Source: Octopus sinensis
Taxonomy: Eukaryota
NCBI RefSeq assembly: GCF_006345805.1
Contig: NC_043000.1
Coordinates: forward strand, 29,264,001-29,328,000
Length of the DNA stretch: 64,000 bases
Direction of reading: 5' to 3'
The notes below the pieces were generated by a model. The model worked only from the letters and a program-made list of their open reading frames with translations. It made no database searches and was not told the origin of the DNA. Both the position numbers and the translations under genes were made by a program. The first letter of the stretch is position 1, and every line of letters starts with the position of its first letter. Positions 39,835 through 53,649 of the stretch are shown here, one piece after another.

Positions 39835-42479
39835 GTGAGTAGAAATACCAGAAATCCAAGTAGAGGTTGCTGTAGCGTTCAAGAGTGTTGAAACATTGTG
39901 TCAGAGGAAGGCCGAGAATGCTTGACAGAAATCGTGGTATGGAGGATGAATTTTATCTAAGGTACCGCATAGTTATATCGAATCCGGAGCAATGTGGTTC
40001 TTAAGTTTTCCAAACCACATAACGATAATATTACCATAAAAATGAAACAACCGAAAAAATAATAGTAAACGAAAGAAGTCGGGAAAAGCAGGGTAGATAA
40101 TACATATGAGCTGTTTTGCGTTACCTAACCCAGCCTTTATGGAAACAAGTGCATTTCATCCCAATTTAACTTAACATATATTTGCTTTTGTGACCAATCT
40201 ATCCAGCAGCGGTCTATAGCTACCCACTTTACATGTTTACAATTTTATGCATTGAATTTTCAAATTTAAGATGTCTTAGACAGAGAAAGCAGCTCTGTAC
40301 CTCCATACTAACCTGCAACCTTTCAAACAATATTCTGACATAGTTACCATCTGCGATTCGTATCTGCGATTCGTGACAAGAATATTAAATGATTCAAAAA
40401 TAATTCCACGAAAGCATTTCTAAAACAAAGAATTGCACGGAATGATCAATATATTTCCATTGTTATACTAAATAATTCTCAATCATCTAAAGCAGGAATA
40501 AATGGTTTAACGCGATCTGCATTTAATCTTTTTTGTTCGATAATTCCTTCTCAGTTCAGTCTAAATACCTGTTCAAATCAATAAAACTTAAAATAGATTT
40601 TAATTATCAGGAAACAGATTCGATCACCCCAATTTATTGTTTTTAATTATCAAGCTGCGAACACTACAACGCGCCCTAATTAGGAAATTGCAGGGTACTT
40701 CTCAGCAGATAAAAAAAAAAGTGCATTTAATCTCGACTTGAAATTGAGCTAAAATTCTGTCAGATATTTCATTAGTAAATTCAATAAATTCTTTAAAACT
40801 CCACACTACCTTATTTCAATACTGTATGATTGAATGATATTTTTGTCTAATTTGTAAAAAGATACTAAAAGATTCTGAAATGACTATTCGCAATTATCTT
40901 AGTATTTTATTTCTTTATTTCTCCATATTTTCTGTGATTTAATTGAAGTCAAGAAGAAATTAAAAACGTTTGGTTAATTAACATAACAAAAACCTCTAAA
41001 GAAAGTGTCCTACATTTTTTTAATGTTTAATAGTTGAGTGACGTAAATGGGCGGATTGGTTTTAAGTATAACATGCACCATCGTATTTCTCTAGATGTTA
41101 CAATATATGAAACTCTGCAGGGACACTACAGTAGCAGAACTGTTAACGTGCAGTTAAAGGATATATTTACTTTCATTCTCAGCATAGTGTTTTAGGTTTT
41201 GAGTTCAAATTTCACCGAGGTCAACTTCGTCATTTACATTTCTACAGTCGATAAAAAGTATGTATTTCTTTATTGCCCACAAGGAGCTAAACACAGAGGG
41301 GACAAACAAGGACAGACAAAGGAATTAAGTCGATTACATCGACCCCAGTGCGTAACTGGTACTTAATTTATCGACCCAGAAAGGATGAAAGGCAAAGTCG
41401 ACCTCGGAGGAATTTGAACTCGGAACATAACGGCACACGAAATACGGCTACGCATTTCGCCCGGCGTGCTAACGTTTCTGCCAGCTCGCCGCCTTTACAG
41501 TCGATAAAAAATATGTTTAAAGAAAGACTGCGTTTCAATATAACGTTCACAAAATATTTGGAAAAATATTCCTGTTATTCCTATACCTTTTCCGAACAAA
41601 TATGTTCAAATATTATTTAAAATAGTGCTTTGAAGAAACAAACAAAAAAAAAATTAGAAAATAGTGACAGATGTTTAAATCATTGATTTCCCTCCATGAT
41701 AAAAAAATGCTCGAACATGGAACGAAAATACAAAAGCATAAATCTAGAGAATAGAAAGTCAAGATTCGCTCATGCTGATATCTATCACTTTTTTCTATCG
41801 TCATTTTGTCACACTAGCGTCGCACACAGCTTACATGTCGAATATTTCTCTCTGATTAAGCGAAAGCCTGTTTTTAATTGCCCTCTGCTCTAGCATTTTC
41901 CATTTGTATCTGTCTCAAGTAGAAAGACACTTATTTGTTTATACTCTGTCTTTGTTGTTTTTCGTACCAGCCTTCTGTTCTCGTTTTGTGTGTTCTTAGT
42001 TGTAATCCTCGTCTTTTTTTTTGCTTTGCTTGAACCTAGGCGTTTTCCAAATAGGTAATACCAAACTTTTTCCATGCGCCGAAATCGTATTGACTTTGCA
42101 TAAAAAGTTGGCTGATGAAATAGATTTATCCATATCTACATTTCGCCCCTTCCCGTTAATTATAGTATACAACCTTCACCATTATTTTAATATGTATGCA
42201 TACTTATAAGTATATACACACATGTGTATGTATATATGTGTACGTGCAACTTTTAGTCAAAACAATTATAACCCCATCTCTGTATACAAAAGCTTTGCAT
42301 GTTAACAGCTGATGTTTTTCAAGAAAATATTGTACAAATGTGCACTACGATATTTAAATTACCACCGAAAAACAGAGGGCGAAGTGCACATCTTTTGCTA
42401 TAACAAACACAGATTACACTTTTTCTCTTAAACTATCGATTTTTATCTGAAATATTTCCTATGCTTCTCTGTATTTCCA

Positions 42480-43430
42480 AACGAATCCGCTATAGGGGGA
42501 GGAGTAAGTCAATTACATCGACCCCAGTGATCTACTGATATCTACTTTATCGAACCCGAAAGGATGAAAAGCAAATTCAACTTTGGCGGAATTTGAACTC
42601 AGAACGACAAGACGGACGAAATGCCACCAAGCATTTTTTCCGGTATGCTAACGATTTTACCAACTCGCCGCCTTAACACTAAGACCAATATTTTTGTCGA
42701 CCACGGCGGAATTTGAACTCAGAACGTAAAGACAGACGGAATAACGCTAAGCGTTTCGCCCGGCGTGCTAAATTTTCTTATTTCTTTACTACCTGCAAGG
42801 GACTACACACAGAGGGGTCAAACAAGGACAGACAAACAGATTAAGTCGATTAGATCGACCCCATTGTGTAACTGGTACTTATTTAATCGACCCCGAAAAG
42901 CTCGAAAGGCAAAGTCGACCTCGGCGGAATTTGAACTCAGAACGTAGCGGCAGATGAAATACCTATTTCTTTACTACCCACAAGGGGCTAAACACAGAGG
43001 GGACAGACAAGGACAGACAAACGGATTAACTCCATTACATCGACCCCAGTACGTAACTGGTACTTATTTAATCGACCCTGAAAGGATGAAAGGCAAAGTC
43101 TACCTCGGCGGAATTTGAACTGAGAAAGTAACGGCAGACGAAATACGGCTACGCATTTCGCCCATCGTGCAAACGTTTCTGCCCGCTCGCCGCCTTTAAA
43201 ATGTCTTTATTGCCCACAAGGGGCTAAACATAGAGGGGACTAACAAGGACAGACAAACGGATTAAGTCGACTATATCGACCCCAGTGCGTAACTGGTACT
43301 TATTTAATCGACCCCGAAAGGATGAAAGGCAAAGTCGACCTCGGCGGAATTTGAACTCAGAACGTAGCGGCAAACGAAATACCGCTAAGCATTTCGCCCA
43401 TCGTGCTAACGTTTCTGCCAGCTCACAGCC
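42480..43430 (-). mobile_element. Cluster/tandem array of SINE family B
   Basis: About 5 head-to-tail or adjacent units. Confidence 0.9.
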
Positions 43431-45239
43431 TTAGTAACTATTCTAATATCGCCTTACCTATATACTCATAGATATTCTAGATAATTCGAAAATCTTATAT
43501 TTAGTTTCTACAGACGCTTGAATTATTTTTGGAGCAATATAGAACTTGGAATTAAACTGTGTGCAATGTTGCCATTTTACAGCCAATTGCTATCTGCACT
43601 TTTGCTATTCAAATCCGATGTATCTCCAGATAATCTTCTTTCTTGTGACATTCACATATACACAAAAAATACGACAACATCGACTGGAAACCTTAAAAAC
43701 ATCTCGTCTGCTTATTTGATTATTCTATATACTGGTGCGGCTTCGCCTTTTTCCGCTTAGTGTAGTTTCTCTAATACCGTTATCTCAGTGACTCTCGAAT
43801 GAACTCTCGTTAACACAACGCTACAGATCCATTGATGATAAAGAAAAGATATTTTAATATCAAATCGAGGCGGAAAAACTTCGACAACTATATGAACAAA
43901 ATCCAGAAAAATAAAATAATAATAATAATAAAAAAACAAAACAGCCCAGCCTAATCGGCAACGACAAACGGCATAAAAAATATATTAAATCAGAGCTTGA
44001 AACGGAACATTAGGAAACACGTCGTATTGCTGTCTGAATAATCGATCGAAATCGTAGCTGTTTCCCTGTTGATATGAAGTCTTTGGTACTTTCAGTATGC
44101 TCAGTTCCATAGTCATCGTGTCTGTTTGCTGCCAGTAAGCAATCCTTAATTAAAAATTAGCCTCTGGTGAACACATTACTTCTCTCAGAAATTAATTTCA
44201 TGTGATTCTAATTAGCTTCCATTCCTGCGTTCTGTTTTTTTTTGTTCCTATGTTTTCTTCTATTTAGGAATAAATATTGACTTCATCGCTAAATTTGATC
44301 CTATTCTGATTGAATCGCAGACTAAAAACTAAGCCAAAAAATAAAAAAAAAGATGTATATATTAACATGAAATGAAAAAAATAAAAGAACTTCGACAAAG
44401 CAATTAAAACATACGATTATATTATTGGACTAAGCTATTTTCAACTGGTGTCTACTTATAGCTATTGTAACATATTTCGTACACCCAACTGGCTGTGGAA
44501 AGTTTTTAGTATTTTTGCTGACATCTATAAAGCTAAAAAAACTTCTTTATTTCGATGATAATTGCTTGTCCTAATTCGTATGTGTTTGTATGCGTGAGCA
44601 TGCGCACAAATGAGTGTTTGAATGTGCCTCAGTGTGTGTGTGTGTCTGTGTCTGTGTGTATAGATCTTGCTTCGTTTCATTACATTCAGACGTTACTTTT
44701 GTAAGATTTATTTCTAACAATGGCACAAGGCCATACGGTTTAACGATGAGAATAGGCAATTAAATCGATCAAAGAACTTGACTGATTCTTCATGTTATCG
44801 ATCCCTAACATGGCTGCAGTCCCATGACTGAAACTAGTAAAAGTAGTATTAATATATTTTCCTATTTAGATTCATTCATATACAGCACAGTCAGCTGACA
44901 TAGCAATCCCGATGCCGATTCTCTCACATCTATTCAGCCAGTCTAATGATATTTAATAAAGAATCACATTTAGAAATGTATCAATTGATTTCTTCGTTTT
45001 ATCCAATAACTAAGAATTTTAGTGCCTGTGCCAGTTGTCATTGTGAGGACCACAAAGGAAGTGCCACATGCGTTACCGCTGGATTTGAAATTATCTGGCT
45101 GTTAACCCTAAGGCTTTTTCAGCAATAAATAAATTAATTAACAATGGTTCCGGACATTAATTTGCTGCTTTAGTGGCGTAGCCATATTGATATGGGAAAA
45201 AATATGTTATATTTGATGTTTAATACATCTAGCATTTGT

Positions 45240-45882
45240 AAGGCGGCGAGCTGGCAGAAACGTTAGCAGGCCGGGCGAAATGCTTAGCGTTATTTCATCT
45301 GCCTTTGCGTTCTGAGTTCAAATTCCGCCGAGGTCGACTTTGCCTTTCATCCTTTCGAGTTCGATAAATTAAGCACCAGTTACGCATTGGGGTCGATGTA
45401 ATCGACTTAAACCGTTTGTCTGTCCTTGTTTGTCCCCTCTGTGTTTAGCCCCTTGTGGGCAATAAAGAAATAAGAAATGTTAGCACGCCGGGCGTAATGC
45501 TTAGCGTTATTTCGTCTGCCTTTGTGTTCTGAGTTCAAATTCCGCTAAGGTTAACTTTGCCTTTCATCCTTTCAGGGTCGATAATTTAAGTATCAATTGC
45601 GTACTGGGGTCGATGTAATCGACTGGGCCCCTCCCCCAAAATTTCGGGCCTTGTGCCCGGAATAGAAAAGGCAGAGAGCTGGCAGAATTGTTAGCACAAC
45701 GCGGGTAAAACACATTGCGTATTTCGTCCGTCCTTATGTTCTGAGTTTAATTCCTGCCGAGGTCGACTTTGCCTTTCATCGTTTGGAGATCGATAAAATA
45801 AATACCAGTTGAATATTGGGGTCGATGTGATCAACTTAGTTCCTCTCTCGAACTTGCTAGCCTTGTACCAAAATTTGAAATC
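45240..45882 (+). mobile_element. SINE family B multimer within one TSD
   Basis: AATACATCTAGCATTTGT (45222-45239) / AATATATCTAGCATTAGT (45883-45900). Confidence 0.85.
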
Positions 45883-48197
45883 AATATATCTAGCATTAGT
45901 CATCTTCTAATTTAGTTTTTTTAGCTTTAAAACCAACACCAGTTGCCTTAGAGACCTTTAGTAGAGTCCATCCTGTAGCAAGCCCTCGGAACAAGTCTCC
46001 GGTTTGAGAAGACTTTCTCATGTGTCGAAGTTCCTGTAAAGTGTCAAAGGTACTATCTTTCGTTGCGTGTAAAAGACAAAAAAAATAAATAAGAATAAAT
46101 AAACTCACCCACATTCACTTTGAAAATGCGTTTGTGCATGTTTAGACGTCAATTTTATCCTTTAATCGCCAAATCCTGAACGCCATTTACCCTGCCTCAA
46201 ATATCCACAAGATATACTTTATTTTTACTGACCATTTCATGCAATCACATCATTTTGGTTTCAAACTTTGGCACAAAGCCAGAAAGTTCGGGGGAGGGGG
46301 TAAATCAATTATATCGACCCAAGTACTCCACTGGTATTTATGTTATCAACCTCGAAATGATGAAAGATAAAGTCGACCTCGGCGGAAATTGAAATCTGAA
46401 AGCAAAGACTGGCGACATGTTGCTAAGTATTTTGCCTGGCTTGCTAACGATTCTGCCAGCTCACCGCCTTATAAAATCACAGTATATTTAATTCTTGATT
46501 GCTCACAAGTGACAAAACATAGAGGGGACAAACAAGGAGAGACAAAGGGACTAAGTCAATCACATCGACCCTCCAGTGCGTAACTGGTACTTATTTAATC
46601 GACCCCGAAAGGATGAAAGGCAAAGTCGATCTCGGCGGAATTCGAACCCAGAACGTAACGGCAGGCGAAATACTTATTTCGTTATTACCCACAAGGGGCT
46701 AAACAAGGATAGACAAACGGATTAAGTCGATTACATCAACTCCAGTGCGTAACTGGTACTTAATTTATCGACCAGAAAGGATGAAAAGCAAAATCGACCT
46801 CGGCGGAATTTGAACCCAGAACATAACGGTAGACAAAATACGCCTACGCATTTCGCCCGGCGTGCTAACGTTTCTGCTAGACCGCTGCCTTTTAAAATCA
46901 CATCATATTAACATGAGACTCGCATTAGCAAATAAAAGATGTTTATTTCTCCGTTATTTTATAGCGACATTTGTTCTTGTCAATATTTTTAATTCTATCA
47001 TAGCCGACTGATGAAATGTGTTATCGTCACACGCAGAAACGTAGTTTCAGCCTAATGGCTTCAGCCGACAGAATGAATACATACAAATACACATATATAA
47101 TACATATATGTGTGTGTGTACGTGTATATATACACAACACACACCTATACTCATACATTTAATCACACACACACACATATACACACATGAGATAAAGGGA
47201 GACCGTGAAAAAACTATAGATATTTTAGACAGTTTCCAGTAAGTTATTCATATAAACATCAGGATTTTTAAAGATAAACCATTGCCACGCTATAAACAAA
47301 TTCACTTCTGTTATTAAACATCTCCAGTGATTCAAGATGAATTAAAAGTCTTAGACTTTTTGTGAAAATACCAGGAATTTCAAGTATGTATGCAGCGATA
47401 GGAGCATATAAATCATAAGACGGCGAGCTGGCAGAAGTGTTAGCACGACGGACGAAATGCTTAGCGGTAGTTCGTCTGCCACTACGTTCTGAGTTCAAAT
47501 TCCGCCAAGGTCGACTTTGCCTTTCATCCTTTCAAGGTCGATAAATTAAGTACCAGTTACGCACCGGTGTCGATATAATCGACTTAATCCGTTTGTCTGT
47601 CCTTGTTTGTCCTCTCTGTGTTTAGCCCCTTGTGGGTAGTAAAGAAATAAGGAACATATAAATCATATTGATAAAATTTGAGAGCCCCTCAAGTGATCGC
47701 TGAATCTGTGATAGAAAGCAGCTAAATCTCCCTCAGATCACATCTTGTCTAAAACACAAAAGTCATTGGATATTGCATCTTCGTCGTGGTTCTACATAGA
47801 TTGTGGTTGGCAAAAAAAAAAAAAAGGAGGGATGACCAAGATTAAGAATTTATTTGCGATAGAGGTTTGTTTGGTTTAGAGCCGTGGTCCTCAACCATTT
47901 TTTACGTATTGACCCCTCTGATTTCTGTTTCATTCAACTGGACGCCCATAGCCATTCGATGTTTAAAAAAAATCCTATTATATTTTTAAAAATTAGAAAT
48001 TACGCCTAATGAAAAATTTTTTAAATATTTTGTGCAGGCGCCGGCGTGGCTGTGCCGTATGAAGCTTACATCCCAACCATATGGTTCCGGATTCAGTCCC
48101 ACTGCGTGGCAACTTGGGCAGTTGTCTTCTATTATAGCTTCGGGCCGACCAAAGCCTTGAGTGGATTTGGTAGATGGAAACTGAAAGAAGCCCGTCG

Positions 48198-48243
<46 letters not shown>

Positions 48244-48244
<1 letters not shown>

Positions 48245-48964
48245 TAATTTACAAGATAAGGGCAAAAGAAAAATTCTAATGCCAAATATGCCGAAAAAAA
48301 GACAAGAATTGTCAATAACCATTATAATTTATGCGTCTCGACAATTCTTGTCTTTTTTTCGGCATATTTGACATTAGAATTTTCATTTGCCCTTATCTTG
48401 TAAATTATTTATAAATTTAACCTTTAAAGGTATTTTTTCATATACTGGCCATTAATAAATTTTTTTCCCGAAAAAAATTTTATCCTACATTAGTTATAAA
48501 TTGAATAGTGTTCACTTCCGGATTCTCTCACTCTGTGAAAGTTTCTAGTTCGAATCACACGTGTCTCGAGATGTGCCGAAGATTTTTCTATTTTAGATAT
48601 ATTTGGGGTACTTAGGTCTGCTCGGGACTTGGTGCTTGCTTTTTCCATGGGTATGAGTAAGTATTTCACTTCTATCTCGCGTATTTGCCGCTGAAGAGGG
48701 GAAACTTTCATATGAATTAACCCCGAAATTGGATTAATACGGCAATAACGAATTTTTTAGAAATTTCTATCGGTTTGTTTCGAGACGCATAAATTATAAT
48801 GGGTATTGACAATTCTTGTCTTTTTTTCGGCATATTTGGCATTAGAATTTTTCTTTTGCCCTTATCTTGTAAATTATTTATAAATTTAACCTTTAAAGGT
48901 ATTTTTTGATATGCTGGCCATTGATAAAATTTTTTTCCCGAAAAAATTTTTATCCTACATTAGT
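48244..48964 (+). mobile_element. Young non-autonomous Penelope-like element: inverted pLTR piece, pLTR, body, pLTR
   Basis: 48244-48341 is the reverse complement of 48779-48877. 48340-48494 is a direct repeat of 48808-48964. Very few mismatches. Confidence 0.8.
48685..48745 (+). ncRNA. Minimal type I hammerhead ribozyme
   Basis: Stem I TTGCCG/CGGCAA; core CTGAAGA; stem II GGGG...CCCC; GAAA; stem III ATT-GGATT-AAT; cleavage triplet AUA (cut after 48739). Confidence 0.75.
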
Positions 48965-49379
48965 AATATATATATATATACATATAGATGTTTGTCTCCC
49001 CCACTATCGCTGGACAACCGGCGTTGCTGTGGTAACGTCCCCGTAACGTAACGGTTCGGCAAAAGAGACCGATAGAATAAGTACTAAGCTTAAGATTCGG
49101 TCGGCTAGAAGCGGTGCTCCAGTATGGCCGTTGTCAAATGACTGAAACAAGTAAAAGAATATTATAAGCTACTTATTGGACATAAATTTTAATAAAATAT
49201 CTTACATGGTACCCCAAGGGCCATACCAACCTCCAAAGTGCCATATGAACCCCGGTTGAAAAATCATTGATTTAGAATGAATAGGGACAAAACAACAAGA
49301 ACAGCAGTGACATCTATGAACAAACAATCTAACGCAATCAACAGTAGAAGTGTGGTTGTTGTAATATTAAACCAGATTA

Positions 49380-49936
49380 AGGCGGCGAGCTGGCAGAAAC
49401 GTTAGCACGCCGGGCGAAATGCGTAGCCGTATTTCGTTTGCCGTTACGTTCTGAGTTCAAATTCCGCCGAGGTCGACTTTGCCTTTCATCCTTTCTGGGT
49501 CGATAAATTAAGTACCAGTTACACACTGGGATCGATATAATCGATTTAATCCGTTTGTCTGTCCTGGTTTGTCCTCTCTGTGTTTAGCCCCTTGTGGGTA
49601 GTAAAGAAATAGGTATTTCGTCTGTCGCTACGTTCTGAGTTCAAATTCCGCCGAGATCGCATTTGCCTTTCATCCTTTCGGGATCGATAAATTAAGTACC
49701 AGTTGTGTACTGGGTCGATCTAATCGACTAACCCACCTCCCGAAAAATTTCGGGCCTTGCGCTTTGAATAGGAAAGTATTTAGTCTGTCGTTACGTTCTG
49801 AGTTGAAATTCGGCCGAGGTCGACTTTACTTTTCGTCTTTTCGGGGTCGATAAATTAAGTACCAGTTGCATACTGGGGTCGATCTAATCAACTGTCTCCT
49901 CCCCAAATTTTGGGCCTTGTGCGTGGAGTAGAAAAG
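49380..49936 (+). mobile_element. SINE family B trimer within one TSD
   Basis: AATATTAAACCAG at 49363-49375 and 49937-49949. Confidence 0.85.
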
Positions 49937-50397
49937 AATATTAAACCAGCGTTAAACCAATGTTATCTATGTCACTTTCAATGTGTGAGATGGGTTGTTT
50001 GCAGATGATAAAGGCCTGCTCTATAAAGGTTAACGGGAGATGCTCAACAACAGCGACCTACATCAAGAGAAAATGCAACAAATTGTTTTCTGTTCGAGCA
50101 ACAGTTTTTGAATAATTCCAACTAGTATCTTTTATTTGTTTCAGCCATTGGACTGCGGCCATGTTGGGGCACCACCCTGATGGCGTTTGTCAAGCAAATC
50201 GTCCCACAGGGTTATTATTTCTTTTTAAAGTTTGGTTCGTATTCCAACGGTATCTTTTGCCAAACCGCTCAGTGGCGGTGACGTAAACGACCGACCACTG
50301 GTTGTCAAACGGTTGGCAGCACAAGCACAAACACAATAACTATCTCACACACCCGAACGCACATGCATACCAGATATATGTGTAATTCTCTCTCTCC

Positions 50398-50464
<67 letters not shown>

Positions 50465-50465
50465 C

Positions 50466-50531
<66 letters not shown>

Positions 50532-50535
50532 GTCT

Positions 50536-50613
<78 letters not shown>

Positions 50614-50791
50614 TTAATCCAAACATGAAAACGCAAGGGAAAACACAACAACGTGAGGACGTGGAACAAGTATTGTGTTATTGGACGCTCAGGAAAGGAA
50701 AGAAAGAAGGAAGATTTAACGTTTCGAGCGGAGCTCTCCGCCAGAAACATAGGAAAAAAAAAGATCCAAGGAAGGGAAGACATATATATAT

Positions 50792-50836
<45 letters not shown>

Positions 50837-52021
50837 CGATAATACACAATAGGCTTCTACATTGTTTCCGTGTACCAACCTTAGTTATAAGGCCCGTGGC
50901 GACCCAGGGCCATATCAGAAGACACTTGCCCGAGGTGCCACACAGTGGGACTGAACCTGAAAACATGTAGTTACAAAGCGAGCTCCTTAACCACACAGCT
51001 GTGCCTGCGTCTATGATTAAAATAAATTGTAAACTTTTGTCCCATTAGCTGTACACATGTGCTGATCAATTACGTCTAGGCTTGACAGTAAAAATTCACT
51101 TCCTGTTCAAGTTGAGCTTGATTTGTACCGATTTCTTCTCTGTTTTCAATCAAATATGAGTGTCATAGATGGTCATAGACGTCTAAATGTTGGGTCTTCT
51201 CCTTAGGGGGACTTTATATTAACGATGATTTCTCGTACATCATTTGACAGTTAAAAAACAGAATATATAAAAACCAATAAGGTCAATGTGAGACCTCGAG
51301 CAAGATTTCCACAGACAAATGTTAAATTTATGAAAAAAGAAAATCTACGAAGTGGAGACATTAGAAAATGGAGTTTATAGCGGTGAGTGCACAGCGCTTG
51401 ATGCTAAAAGGTTAAATACCCTGTCGCGTTAGTGACAGCCTTTTAACAGCTCTCATTTTTTCCATATCTTTCTTCCCTTCAAAGCTCCCGCAGGAAATTA
51501 AACTGTATCGCTTATCAACATGATAAAGTGTTCTAGCCATGTTTCTTTATTTTTTTTATAGTCTTTCGTGTTTTTTTCTCCTTCTTGGCGTATCTTTTTG
51601 TTGTTGTTGTTGTTGTTGTTATTGGTGTTGTGATATTTGCGATGTTTCGCTTCCACCGTTGATGTTTCTTTCGATTCGTTCAACTCGTTATTTCATAACA
51701 TTCACTTGCCAGTCACTATCAAAATACAAAAATGGCGGATTTGATGGCCAGTGTATATACAATGACGTGTTGTATATGTAGGTACATACATGCATAAATA
51801 CATACATACCTACAAAGAGACTGTCAAAGACACACACACACGCACACCACTGACTGATATTGATGGCTTCGTCTCACTCAATGGAAAGATACTTGTATAA
51901 CGATTGTCTATTAATATCAGGCAGATATTGTCACTGATAAAGATACAAAGACTACGTCTCTCTCTCAGATTTTCTCTCTCACCATTCTCTTTCTTTCCAT
52001 ATATATGCCCTTACACCCACA

Positions 52022-52105
<84 letters not shown>

Positions 52106-52135
52106 GTCTGTCTGTCTGTCTGTCTGTCTGTATGC

Positions 52136-52219
<84 letters not shown>

Positions 52220-52243
52220 ATGTCTGTCTGTCTGTCTGTATGC

Positions 52244-52412
<169 letters not shown>

Positions 52413-52649
52413 GTATGTCTATCTGTCTGTCTGTTTGCCTGTCTATCTGACTGTCTGTCTGTCCCTCAATACACGCTTGCCTTCAATCACATGCACACAC
52501 ACATACTCACACAATCGCCCACACACACACAGCACTAAGCGTAGATTTAATTATGTGTTTTGACATTATTTTCGAAAAGTGTGGTTTCCATCTTCAATCT
52601 CAACGAAATTTCACAGATTGAAAATGTCGGAAGTAGGTTGTGTCAGCGC

Positions 52650-52692
<43 letters not shown>

Positions 52693-52979
52693 TGCGTGTG
52701 TGTGTACGTGTGTGTGTGTGTACGTGTGTGTGTGCGTGAATATGTACATATATGTAGACAGGCACGTACACACACACACATACACACACACACTTATACA
52801 CACACAAATATGGATATGTATTAACTTTTATACGGAAAATGATTTTTTCCTTGTAATAAATGTAATAAATACGTATTGATTTATAATTCAGTTTAATGTT
52901 GAATTGTACATATACACATCTAAATTTATATGCATATACAGATACATACATACATACACACACTCATACACACACACAT

Positions 52980-53043
<64 letters not shown>

Positions 53044-53649
53044 GTGCATCAGCATGGCCGCAGCTCTGAGCTGAAACGACAGAAAAAAGATATATATACA
53101 TATATACATAAATCGTGGCACTCGGTCGGTTACAACGACGAGGGTTCCAGTTGATCCGATCAACGGAACAGCCTGCTCGTGAAATTAACGTGCAAGTGGC
53201 TGAGCACTCCACAGACACATGTAGTCTTAATGTAGTTCTCAGAGAGATTCAGCATGACACAGGGTGTGACAAGGTTGACCCTTCGAAATACAGGTACAAC
53301 ATAAACAGGAAGAAAGTGTGGGAGAAAACTGTGGTGAAAGAGTACAGCAGGGTTCACCACCACCCCCTACCAGTGCATCGTGGAGCTTTAGGTGTAATCG
53401 CTCAATAAACACTCAGTCTGGGAATCGAAACCGCAATCCTACGACCGCGAGTCCGCTACCCTAACCACTGGACCATACATAAACACATGCATACGCCCGC
53501 ACGCGCACACACACATACACACACATATAATTTTCTCGCTGGATTGCGTGTTCGTTTCATCTGTGATTTTATTTTTGATCTTCTATATGAATGAAGGTAT
53601 TTCCTCCTTCTGGCTGCTTTTCTTTCTACAAGATGAGAATTTTGCATAG

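Larger units (their letters stand above)
47882..49269. mobile_element. hAT (Charlie-like) non-autonomous element hosting nested SINE and Penelope-like insertions
   Basis: CCGTGGTCCTCAACC ... GGTTGAAAAATCATTG termini. 8-bp flanks GTTTAGAG / ATTTAGAA. Confidence 0.6.

Noticed and set aside
45020-45130. Possible terminal exon (PVPVVIVRTTKEVPHALPLDLKLSGC-stop, or a Cys-rich frame) followed by AATAAA
   Set aside because: Weak acceptor, two alternative frames and no linked exon; not distinguishable from chance.
45915-46060. Unique segment with open frames on both strands
   Set aside because: No consistent splice pair and no recognisable homology.
47001-47050. CTGATGA...GAAACGTAGTT hammerhead-like string
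   Set aside because: Stem I has two mismatches in six and stem II needs extra unpaired bases; too weak to call.
35270-50000. Regularly repeated units of about 180 bp resembling a CRISPR or satellite array
   Set aside because: The units are SINE bodies with no unique spacers and no cas genes, in eukaryotic context.
51020-51416. Possible piggyBac-like MITE ending GCTAAAAGGTTAA
   Set aside because: The left terminus is too degenerate to confirm a TIR or TSD.
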